Source: Mayamaea pseudoterrestris (taxonomy: Eukaryota). Taken from it: DNA of 64,000 nucleotides. Positions 30,001 through 38,822 of the stretch are shown piece by piece (the first letter of the stretch is position 1; each line of letters starts with the position of its first letter). The notes under the pieces were generated by a model that was not told where the DNA came from, ran no database searches, and worked only from the letters and a program-made list of their open reading frames with translations. A program made the position numbers and the translations under genes. The DNA lies in NCBI GenBank assembly GCA_027923505.1, contig BROI01000009.1:124001-188000 (forward strand), written 5' to 3'.

Positions 30001-30510
30001 GTCGATTCTGACCTGTCAAACGCCCCATGCCCTGGCCACCCAAATACCCAATGAGTCAGGCCAAACATGTCCAGGGTATGCCATTGACAGGTGCAGAGTC
30101 TCAAATGGTGCAAAAAGGACTGCCTGGAGGCTGACACCATGGGTACGGCCTCCACGGTGGGTATGGCCAACACCACAAGTTGTCAATTCTGACCTGTCAA
30201 ACGCCCCATGCCCTGGCCACCCAAATACCCAATGAGTCAGGCCAAACATGTCCAGGGTATGCCATTGACAGGTGCAGAGTCTCAAATGGTGCAAAAAGGA
30301 CTGCCTGGAGGCTGACACCATGGGTACGGCCTCCACGGTGGGTATGGCCAACACCACAAGTGTCGATCTGACCTGCAAAGCCCCACCCCCACAAATGAGT
30401 CAGGCCAAACATGTCAAGGGTATGCCATTGACAGGTGCAGAGTCTCAAATGGTGCAAAAGGGACGCCTGGGCTAACAGGACGGCCCACGGTGGGTATGGC
30501 CAACACCACA
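1..30510 (+). repeat. Tandem satellite array SatA, 181-bp monomer (~169 copies, continues off the left edge)
   Basis: The monomer cccaaatacccaatgagtcaggcaaaacatgtccaggg(t/g)atgccattgacaggtgcagagtctcaaatggtgcaaaaaggactgcctggaggctgacaacatgggtacggcctccactgtgggtatggccaacaccacaagttgcagattcttccctgtcaaacgccccatgccctggcca repeats head-to-tail. ORF-track starts recur every 181 (sometimes 180) bp. Hand count of the first monomer gives 97/181 G+C. The array ends at ...caacaccaca (30510). Confidence 0.99.
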
Positions 30511-32261
30511 CTGCCGTCTCAGGGGATGGCAATGTATTTGGTGACAACTTGTCACCAGTCTCAGCCCGCTGATGCCGTGACATTCAAATGCCCCTACAGC
30601 AAGCCCTGTAGGTGCCCAAACTACACCAGAATGGTGTCAACATCCTTATTCAGGCTGCGCTACAAGATGGTAGGCTTGGCTGCTGTCTGAGGGGATGGCA
30701 ATGTATTTGGTGACAACTTGTCACCAGTCTCAGCCTGCAGATGCCGTGACATTCAAACGCCCCTACAGCAAGCCCTGTAGATGCCCAAAATACACCAGAA
30801 TGGTACCAACATCATTATTCAAACTGCGCTACAAGATGGTAGGCTTGGCTGGTGTCTCAGGGGATGGCAATGTATTTGGTGACACCTTGTCACCAGTCTC
30901 AGCCCGCAGATGCCGTGACATTCAAACGCCCCTACAGCAAGCCCTGTAGGTGCCCAAAATACACCAGAATGGTGTCAACATCTTTATTCAGGCTGCACTA
31001 CAAGATGGTAGGCTTGGCTGGTGTCTGAGGTGATGGCAATGTATTTGGTGACAACTTGTCACCAGTCTCAGCCCGCAGATGCCGTGACATTCAAACGCCC
31101 CTACAGCAAGCCCTGTAGGTGCCTAAAATACACCAGAATGGTGTTAACATCCTTATTCAGGCTGCGCTACAAGATGGTAGACTTGGCTGCTGTCCCAGGG
31201 GATGGCCATGTATTTGGTGACAACTTGTCACCAGTCTCAGCCCGCAGATGCCGTGGCATTTAAATGCCCCTACAGCAAGCCCTGTAGGTGCCCAAACTAC
31301 ACCAGAATGGTGTCAACATCCTTATTCAGGCTGCGCTACAAGATGGTACGCTTGGCTGGTGTCTCAGGGGATGGCAATGTATTTGGTGACAACTTGTCAC
31401 CAGTCTCAGCCCGCTGATGCCGTGACATTCAAACGCCCCTACAGCAAGCCCTGTAGGTGCCCAAAGTACACCAGAATGGTGTCAACATCCTTTATTCAGG
31501 CTGCGCTACAAGATGGTAGGCTTGGCTGCTGTCTCAGGGGATGGCAATGTATTTGGTGACAACTTGTCACCAGTCACAGCCCGCAGATGCCGTGACATTC
31601 AAACGCCCCTACAGCAAGCCCTGTAGGTGCCCAAACTACACCAGAATGGTGTCAACATCCTTATTCAAACTGCGCTACAAGATGGTAGGCTTGGCTGGTG
31701 TCTCAGGGGATGGCAATGTATTTGGTGACACCTTGTCACCAGTCTCAGCCCGCAGATGCCGTGACATTCAAACGCCCCTACAGCAAGCCCTGTAGGTGCC
31801 CAAAATACACCAGAATGGTGTCAACATCCTTATTCAGGCTGCGCTACAAGATGGTAGGCTTGGCTGGTGTCTGAGGTGATGGCAATGTATTTGGTGACAA
31901 CTTGTCACCAGTCTCAGCCCGCAGATGCCGTGACATTCAAACGCCCCTACAGCAAGCCCTGTAGGTGCCTAAAATACACCAGAATGGTGTCAACATCAAT
32001 ATTCAGGCTGCGCTACAAGATGGTAGGCTTGGCTGGTGTCTCAGGGGATGGCAATGTATTTGGTGACAACTTGTCACCAGTCTCAGCCTGTAGATGCCGT
32101 GACATTCAAACGCCCCTACAGCAAGCCCTGTAGGTGCCCAAAATACACCAGATTGGTGCCAACATCATTATTCAGGCTGTGCTACAAGTTGGTAGGCTTG
32201 GCTGGTGTCTTAGGGAATGGCAATGTATTTGGTGACAACTTGTCACCAGTCTCAGCCCGCA
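30511..32261 (+). repeat. Tandem satellite SatB, 169-bp monomer, left block (~10 copies)
   Basis: The monomer gtctcaggggatggcaatgtatttggtgacaacttgtcaccagtctcagcccgcagatgccgtgacattcaaacgcccctacagcaagccctgtaggtgcccaaaatacaccagaatggtgtcaacatccttattcaggctgcgctacaagatggtaggcttggctggt repeats with a 169-bp period. It abuts SatA with no spacer. Confidence 0.98.
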
Positions 32262-32574
32262 TTGCAGGATGCGAACGAAAACAGCGAAAATCGGGCAAGT
32301 CACACCGAATGTCCGATAGGGTGACACAGCGGCACTCGCGGCTCACCACAGCCTCACGATCGCGTGATGCGTGGCAGCGACGGCTTCGAAGCGATTCAAC
32401 AAGCATATTGCTGAAACTAGTGCGATATAGAGTAGAAACAAGCAGACTTACTAAGCTTGAAGAGTTAAGAAAGCGATTTATTCGTCTCTCGTATTGTAGC
32501 AACTGCAAGCTTGGATTGGCCATCCAAGGACAGCTACAAGCGAAAGGTGCAACGATTTGATTTACAAGTTACAA
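32262..32574 (+). repeat. 5' LTR (313 bp)
   Basis: Runs ttgcaggatgcg...tttacaagttacaa. It matches the 3' LTR except for indels in the first ~85 bp and one C/T difference (ctctcgtatt vs ctcttgtatt). Confidence 0.95.
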
Positions 32575-32723
32575 GATTAACACTGTCTTGAGACTCATTG
32601 CCTCGGCATAGAGACTTTATCGACGAAGAGTACTATTGATTTACGAAGTAACGTGGACGCACGTTGGTTCTTGGCCCGGAAAGTTCCGCAGGTGATAGCA
32701 AGAACATTGTCACGACGACAACG

Positions 32724-35700
32724 ATGGCGGAAACTCGCGCGCAGAAAGACGCGGCGTTTGCGCATGTTTACGAAGAGAACGTAGGCGTTTTCCAAGATCC
32801 TCAGTTCAAGGAGTTATTCGACGAACTCGGAGTAGAATCGCTTACGCAATTGATCGAGATGGAGTACGACGATTTCGCGACGAAGTGGAACGTCACGACG
32901 ACGACAACGACGACGACTGACGATGGCGACAATGTCACGCAGGAAACGAGCGAACACTCGCTAACGAAGATGAAACAACGCACGATCACGAACGCGATCG
33001 AATGGTATTTGGCGCAAGAGTCGCCGGACATCAAGACATGGTCGCAACTGACCACCGAAACGCTGGCGACGTTCGTCACAGCACGAGCGAAGGAACGAGT
33101 CCAAGCGCGCAACATTGCGAGCGTGGGCAGCGGAAGCGGAGCGAAACCTCCAGCGAAGGAAAGCGAAACGGAATCCAAGAAGGACGAATCCAAGGACTCC
33201 ACGCTAACGAACGAAGGCGACGAGTCGAAACCCGACTCGGCCGACAAGGTGCCACCGACGAGCGTGGACGTGGACACGAAGCAGTCACCGACATCCGTAT
33301 TGGACCTCGGCGACGACGAAGACGACGAGAAGTATTCAGACCAATTTACAAAGTCTATCAAGTTCTCGGCGAAGGATTGTAAAGAAATGAAGCTGGATTC
33401 CTCGTGGAAACAGTGGATTTCCGAGTTGAAAGTCATCGCTACATTGCACGACTTCCACGAAGTCTTTGACGACGATTATGACCCAAAGGAAAAGGGACCA
33501 AAGGAACAGAAGGCGTATGCAAAGAAGAATGTGTTTGTGTACAGGATCTTTCTCACGCACTGTCGAACTCCGTCTGCATCACTCGCAGTACAGCAGTTCA
33601 AGAAGACGATGGATGGACGCGAAGTCTACCAACGATTGCGAACGCGATACGAAGAGGGCGCTACTGCTCACATCGAGAAGGAACGCGCGCGAACGGAACT
33701 GCAGGGAATGCGGCTGACCGAGAAGTGGTCAAGGCCGACGATCGAATTTCTCGCACTGTTCTACAAGAAAGTCATCTGGCTGCTCGAAATGGACGCAGAA
33801 GCTCTGACAGGTTTACAACGATACGACATGCTACGCGACGCTTTCTCTGAGCACACTGGATTCAGCGCATCACTAGCAGGTTTTGACGGAATGATTGCCA
33901 TCAAGAAACACATGGGGCAACACGACTCGGAAGACAATTTCGCGCAGTTGTACGCGCACTTAGAAGAGTGCTGCATCAAGTATGACAAGAAACATCCATC
34001 GACGACGAAGACTAAGCGCACAATCAATCAAGCGCAGTCTAGTGGAACGAAAGGAGGCGGCGGCGGCAATGGCGGCGCGACTCCAAGCGGCTTATCGGCG
34101 GAACGATTTGCAGCGATCATGAAGAAACCTCACGCGAGCGTGAAGGATGAAGTCTGGTTGGAGATGAAGTTCGATCAGCGAAAGCAGTTGAAGGACAAGC
34201 GTGCGACGGCGCCCAAGACACCCGAAAACGGATGGCGACCGCGCAACCAACGAGGCACGGCTACGACGCAGACGCAAGTCAACGCGGCGCATCAAGAGCG
34301 TCACGCGACGGAATCTGTAGCGAACGATCACGCAAGCGTTCCTGGCACGATTAATATTCAGCCAGGCAATAGTGGAATGTCAGTCCAAACGGCTGCACGA
34401 TCGGTTCTGCAAGCGAACAATGCGAGTACTACAACTCAGCAAGTGACAGGATCGTTGACGACTGATAACACCGGACGAGGTACATTCAGCTTCAACATGC
34501 ATCGTCGTATGCGCGTCAATCGCGCACACTACGAGCGGATCAACGAAGGCGCGCTCATCGACAGCGGCGCGAACGGAGGCTTATGCGGAGGAGACATGCT
34601 CGTCGTTTCGGAAACGAACGCCGAGGTGGATGTGACTGGTATTGACGATCATATTGTCCCAGCTCTCAAGATTGGCACTGCAGCTGGACTGGCAAAGACC
34701 CTTAGTGGCGAAACCATTCTGCTTTTGTGTCACCAGTATGCTTTAAAGCGAGACGGACCAACGATTCATTGCCCGAATCAATTGCGCGCAATGGGACATC
34801 GCGTCGACGATATTCCGACCATGTTTGGCGGAACGCAACGAATTACGACGAACATTGGAGGCTACGTTTTGCCATTGGCAATTCGCGATGGCCTGGTGTA
34901 CTTGGACGTGACGAAACCCACGTTCGATGATTTGGATAAGTATCCGACTGTCATCATGACGTCGGACGTGCCGTGGGACCCGACTGTTTACGATGTCGAG
35001 CACGCGCACGACGATTTCGACGAACAAGATCACGATTATGGATCTTTCGACGAACGATTCGATGATGACGGTATCACGCACCGCAATCGTCACACGCCGA
35101 CACGCACTGGCGATGAACTTGACGTACTGATCAATCGGTGCGTGCGACACGCTCAGTTTTCACGCGTTAATTTGCGGAAGCTAAGAAGCAAGGAACCGGA
35201 CTATAATGCTCTTCGGCCGTACCTCGGATGGGTCCCGACTGAGCGAGTTCAACAGACTTTACGTCACACGGAAGCATGGTATCATCTCAGCGAACATCCA
35301 CGATTACCATTTCGACACCTCACGAAATCACGATTTCCGGCCGCGAACGTTCAGCGGTTGCGCGAACTATTCGCCACGGACACGATACACTCTGACACGC
35401 CAGCTTTGGATGATGGAATTCTAGGGCATGGGGGAGCTACTAAGATGCAGCTCTTTGTTGGACGAGAAAGTTTTTACACGCGCGGCTACCCGATGAAGTC
35501 GGAGAGCGAAATGTCAAACGCGTTAGAGGATTTTATCCGCGAAGTGGGCGCTCCTAACGGACTGCTCAGCGACAATGCCAAGTCGGAGACTGGCAAGGCT
35601 GTGAGGGATCTCTGTCGGATGTACAATATTCCTCAAGTGACCACAGAACCGGGTCATCCAGAACAAAATCCATGCGAACGTCACACGTCGCACATTAAGC

Positions 35701-38507
35701 CAATGATGGAGAACCTCCAACGAGATTCGGGTTCGCCAGGCCATTGCTGGGTTTTGCTGATTAAATTCGTAATCATGATTCTGAACGTCCTCGCGACAAA
35801 ATCGCTGGGATGGCGCACTCCAACGGAAGTTGCGTTCGGAAATTTGCCGGATATTTCGCCTTTGTTACATTTCAAGTGGTGGGAACCGGTCACGTTTGAG
35901 GCGCAGGGGAGTTTTCCCTCGGCGGTACGATCTGGCAACAGCCGATTCGTGGGCATCGCAGAGAATAGCGGTCCGCACATGACTTTTCTCGTTCTGACGG
36001 ACGATACGCTTCAGGCGATTCCGCGCTCCAACGTGGTCTCGCGCAGCTACTTGTTACCACGAGAGTTGCCTTCCTTCCCTGAGTCTGGAGGGGAGATTTC
36101 TGAAGAAGCTACACGCGCAAGCGAACGAAATTTTGAAACTCCAGATCTCGCGACAGGACGCTACCATAGCACGAATGCGACAGAAAGTAGTCACGACAAC
36201 TACGAAGGAAACGACGACGAAACAATTCCGATGGCGAACCACGCCAACGTACCAGCGAAGTTCTTCAGAAGGGCTGAGCAAGAATCAGGGAATAAATGCC
36301 CTCTGTTCTCTCCAAGCGAACTCATCGGACGCACGTTCGTAAGGGAACACGAAAACGGTCAGAAAATGCGAGCGACTGTATGCGAATATATCGAAGTACG
36401 CGATAACGAGCTACTCGAAACGACGAAAGGTTTCTTGATCCAGATGGGAGAAGAGCCAGCGAAAGACTTAATAAGTTACAACGAACTGTCAGATTTAATC
36501 GAACGACAGATGGACGAAGATATACGAAACGATCCGGCGACTCAGTGGGTATTCACGAAAGTAATCGGACACGAGCTTAATTTGAAACCGAATGATCCGA
36601 CATACAAGGGAAGTTCAAGTAACGTTCTCGTCGAATGGACCGACGGAACGACGACGTGGGAGCCTCTCGCGATCATGAAGAAGGACGATCCGATAACGAT
36701 CGCAGAGTATGGACTCAAGCATGGCTTACTCGATAAACCAGGATGGAAGCAGCTGGAACATTACACTCGGAAGCGAAAGAAGTTTCGACAGATGGTGACA
36801 GCAGCGAAACGAAAATCGAAAGCAAACGGCGTACGCTACAAATTTGGCGTAAGATTGCCGCGCAACTATAAGGATGCGAAAGCTCTCGACGAGATCAACG
36901 GCAACACGCTGTGGACGGATGCGATTCGAACGGAACTAAATCAGATAAATGATTACGACACGTTCGCAGATCAAGGAGTCGGTAAGGTTATGCCGGCGCC
37001 GTGGAAACGAATAAACGTGCACATGATATTCGATGTCAAGCACGATTTGCGACGGAAAGCACGACTCGTCGCAGGAGGACATATGACAGAGCCGCCGAAG
37101 GATTCAGTTTACTCGGGCGTTGTGTCATTGCGAAGTCTACGAATGGTAGCGATGTTAGCGGAACTCAACGGTCTGGAACTGTGGGCAGCTGACGTCGGCA
37201 ACGCATACTTGGAAGCGAAAACGAAAGAGAAGGTTTATATCGTGGCAGGTCCGGAGTTCGGGGAGCTCGAGGGTCACACGCTCACGATCGTGAAGGCACT
37301 ATACGGTCTTCGCACGTCAGGCGCACGCTGGCACGAACACTTTGCAGACACGCTCCGCGACATTGGCTTCACGCCGTGTATCGCAGAACCGGACGTGTGG
37401 ATGCGCGATAAGGGCACGCACTACGAATACGTTTGTGTGTATGTCGACGATTTAGCGATAGCAATGAAGAATCCGAAGGAACTAACGGATCTTTTAATTG
37501 AGAACTACAACTACAAGTTGAAGGGCGTCGGTCCATTGGCATATCATTTGGGCGCAGACGTTTGGCGGGACGACGACGGCGTACTCTGCTTTGGAGCGAA
37601 GAAGTACGTCACAAGACTATTAGCGAACTACAAAGAAATGTTCGGCGAGGAACCGCGACCGCAGACAAGTCCACTACGCGACGGCGATCATCCGGAACTC
37701 GACGAAACAAAAGAACTTGACGACGACGGAATTGCGAAGTATCAATCGATCATTGGTGCGTTGCAATGGGCAGTAAGTTTATGTCGATTCGACATTCACT
37801 GTGCTGTCATGACTATGGGGAGATTCCGAGCTGCGCCACGATCGGGGCACTTGGAACGGTTGAAGCATATTTGCGGATACTTACGACGATACCCGGATGG
37901 AGCGATTCGATTCAACGTTTCGATTCCAATGGACGAGCGATACGCGACAGTTGACAAGATGGATTGGGATTACAGTGTGTACGGCAAGATCTGCGAAGAG
38001 CTTCCGTGGAACATGCCCACGCCGCGCGGCAAGGCGGTGCGAATGTCAACGTTTGAAGATGCAAACCTGTACCACGATTACACGACGGGACGGGCAGCGA
38101 TGGGCATGCTACACATGTTGAATGGAACAGTCGTCGATTGGTTTTCGAAACGCCAAGCGACGGTCGAGACGGCGACGTACGGCTCGGAGTTTGTAGCAGC
38201 GAGAGTGAGCACGGAGCAGATCATGGATCTCCGCTTCACGCTACGCATGTTGGGAGTTCCGCTCGACGGACCTTCATGGATGTTTGGAGACAACAAGTCG
38301 GTAACGCAAAGCAGCAACTTACCGCACTCTAGTCTGACGAAGCGACACAATGCACTGGCATTTCACCGTGTACGCGAAGCGATTGCGGCGGGAATTATTA
38401 ATTTCAACCACATCATGCCAAACCCTGCGGATGTACTTACCAAGTTTCTTCCACGGGCTACAGCAAGCAACCTAAAGAACCTGCTCTTCAAGGAATCTAA
38501 CTATTAG
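32724..38507 (+). CDS. Gag-Pol polyprotein (gag, aspartic protease, integrase, chromodomain-like module, reverse transcriptase, RNase H), ~1927 aa from the first ATG
   Basis: The ORF is open from 32664 and the first ATG is at 32724. Motifs: protease ALIDSGA (~34551-34571); integrase D-D-E in FATDT (35379), LSDNA (35571) and NPCER (35676); RT KARLVAGGH, AADVGNAYL, KALYGLRTSG and YVDD (37440-37451); RNase H FEDAN, WFSKRQATVETATYGSEF, GDNKS and NPADVLTK. Confidence 0.96.
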   Translation: MAETRAQKDAAFAHVYEENVGVFQDPQFKELFDELGVESLTQLIEMEYDDFATKWNVTTTTTTTTDDGDNVTQETSEHSLTKMKQRTITNAIEWYLAQESPDIKTWSQLTTETLATFVTARAKERVQARNIASVGSGSGAKPPAKESETESKKDESKDSTLTNEGDESKPDSADKVPPTSVDVDTKQSPTSVLDLGDDEDDEKYSDQFTKSIKFSAKDCKEMKLDSSWKQWISELKVIATLHDFHEVFDDDYDPKEKGPKEQKAYAKKNVFVYRIFLTHCRTPSASLAVQQFKKTMDGREVYQRLRTRYEEGATAHIEKERARTELQGMRLTEKWSRPTIEFLALFYKKVIWLLEMDAEALTGLQRYDMLRDAFSEHTGFSASLAGFDGMIAIKKHMGQHDSEDNFAQLYAHLEECCIKYDKKHPSTTKTKRTINQAQSSGTKGGGGGNGGATPSGLSAERFAAIMKKPHASVKDEVWLEMKFDQRKQLKDKRATAPKTPENGWRPRNQRGTATTQTQVNAAHQERHATESVANDHASVPGTINIQPGNSGMSVQTAARSVLQANNASTTTQQVTGSLTTDNTGRGTFSFNMHRRMRVNRAHYERINEGALIDSGANGGLCGGDMLVVSETNAEVDVTGIDDHIVPALKIGTAAGLAKTLSGETILLLCHQYALKRDGPTIHCPNQLRAMGHRVDDIPTMFGGTQRITTNIGGYVLPLAIRDGLVYLDVTKPTFDDLDKYPTVIMTSDVPWDPTVYDVEHAHDDFDEQDHDYGSFDERFDDDGITHRNRHTPTRTGDELDVLINRCVRHAQFSRVNLRKLRSKEPDYNALRPYLGWVPTERVQQTLRHTEAWYHLSEHPRLPFRHLTKSRFPAANVQRLRELFATDTIHSDTPALDDGILGHGGATKMQLFVGRESFYTRGYPMKSESEMSNALEDFIREVGAPNGLLSDNAKSETGKAVRDLCRMYNIPQVTTEPGHPEQNPCERHTSHIKPMMENLQRDSGSPGHCWVLLIKFVIMILNVLATKSLGWRTPTEVAFGNLPDISPLLHFKWWEPVTFEAQGSFPSAVRSGNSRFVGIAENSGPHMTFLVLTDDTLQAIPRSNVVSRSYLLPRELPSFPESGGEISEEATRASERNFETPDLATGRYHSTNATESSHDNYEGNDDETIPMANHANVPAKFFRRAEQESGNKCPLFSPSELIGRTFVREHENGQKMRATVCEYIEVRDNELLETTKGFLIQMGEEPAKDLISYNELSDLIERQMDEDIRNDPATQWVFTKVIGHELNLKPNDPTYKGSSSNVLVEWTDGTTTWEPLAIMKKDDPITIAEYGLKHGLLDKPGWKQLEHYTRKRKKFRQMVTAAKRKSKANGVRYKFGVRLPRNYKDAKALDEINGNTLWTDAIRTELNQINDYDTFADQGVGKVMPAPWKRINVHMIFDVKHDLRRKARLVAGGHMTEPPKDSVYSGVVSLRSLRMVAMLAELNGLELWAADVGNAYLEAKTKEKVYIVAGPEFGELEGHTLTIVKALYGLRTSGARWHEHFADTLRDIGFTPCIAEPDVWMRDKGTHYEYVCVYVDDLAIAMKNPKELTDLLIENYNYKLKGVGPLAYHLGADVWRDDDGVLCFGAKKYVTRLLANYKEMFGEEPRPQTSPLRDGDHPELDETKELDDDGIAKYQSIIGALQWAVSLCRFDIHCAVMTMGRFRAAPRSGHLERLKHICGYLRRYPDGAIRFNVSIPMDERYATVDKMDWDYSVYGKICEELPWNMPTPRGKAVRMSTFEDANLYHDYTTGRAAMGMLHMLNGTVVDWFSKRQATVETATYGSEFVAARVSTEQIMDLRFTLRMLGVPLDGPSWMFGDNKSVTQSSNLPHSSLTKRHNALAFHRVREAIAAGIINFNHIMPNPADVLTKFLPRATASNLKNLLFKESNY

Positions 38508-38524
38508 GTATGACTTGAGGGGAG

Positions 38525-38822
38525 TTGCAGGATGCGACGAAAACAGCGAAAATCCGGGCAAGTCCCGAATGTCCGATAGGGGGCAGGCCTCGGGAACAGC
38601 CTCACGATCGCGTGATGCGTGGCAGCGACGGCTTCGAAGCGATTCAACAAGCATATTGCTGAAACTAGTGCGATATAGAGTAGAAACAAGCAGACTTACT
38701 AAGCTTGAAGAGTTAAGAAAGCGATTTATTCGTCTCTTGTATTGTAGCAACTGCAAGCTTGGATTGGCCATCCAAGGACAGCTACAAGCGAAAGGTGCAA
38801 CGATTTGATTTACAAGTTACAA
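38525..38822 (+). repeat. 3' LTR (298 bp)
   Basis: Direct repeat of the 5' LTR, preceded by the PPT and followed by the TSD cgca and SatB. Confidence 0.95.

Larger units (their letters stand above)
32262..38822 (+). mobile_element. Full-length Ty1/copia LTR retrotransposon (diatom CoDi-like) inserted in SatB
   Basis: Two direct LTRs (32262-32574, 38525-38822) flank one uninterrupted ORF with copia domain order PR-IN-RT-RH. A polypurine tract gaggggag (38517-38524) precedes the 3' LTR. The target-site duplication cgca is at 32258-32261 and 38823-38826, and the SatB monomer resumes in register. Confidence 0.97.

Noticed and set aside
4130..30490. Short scrambled GC-rich patches inside SatA (~4135, ~7960, ~20605-20745, ~21130, ~22147, ~25900, ~30360-30490) as possible captured inserts
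   Set aside because: They replace sequence of similar length and keep fragments of the monomer. This looks like low-quality long-read consensus, and it cannot be trusted without reads.
1..30510. Hundreds of 60-300 aa ORFs on both strands in SatA (and similar ones in SatB)
   Set aside because: They are by-products of a stop-poor repeat. The 181-bp and 169-bp periods are not multiples of 3, frames shift every monomer, and no domain is recognisable.
32262..32350. Divergence between the two LTRs in their first ~85 bp as evidence of an old insertion
   Set aside because: The differences are clustered indels while the remainder is nearly identical, which fits a local consensus error better than age.
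32182..38808. ORFs within the LTRs (32182-32523, 38472-38771, 38515-38808) and antisense ORFs inside gag-pol
   Set aside because: No recognisable domains. They are shadows of the LTR or of the main reading frame.
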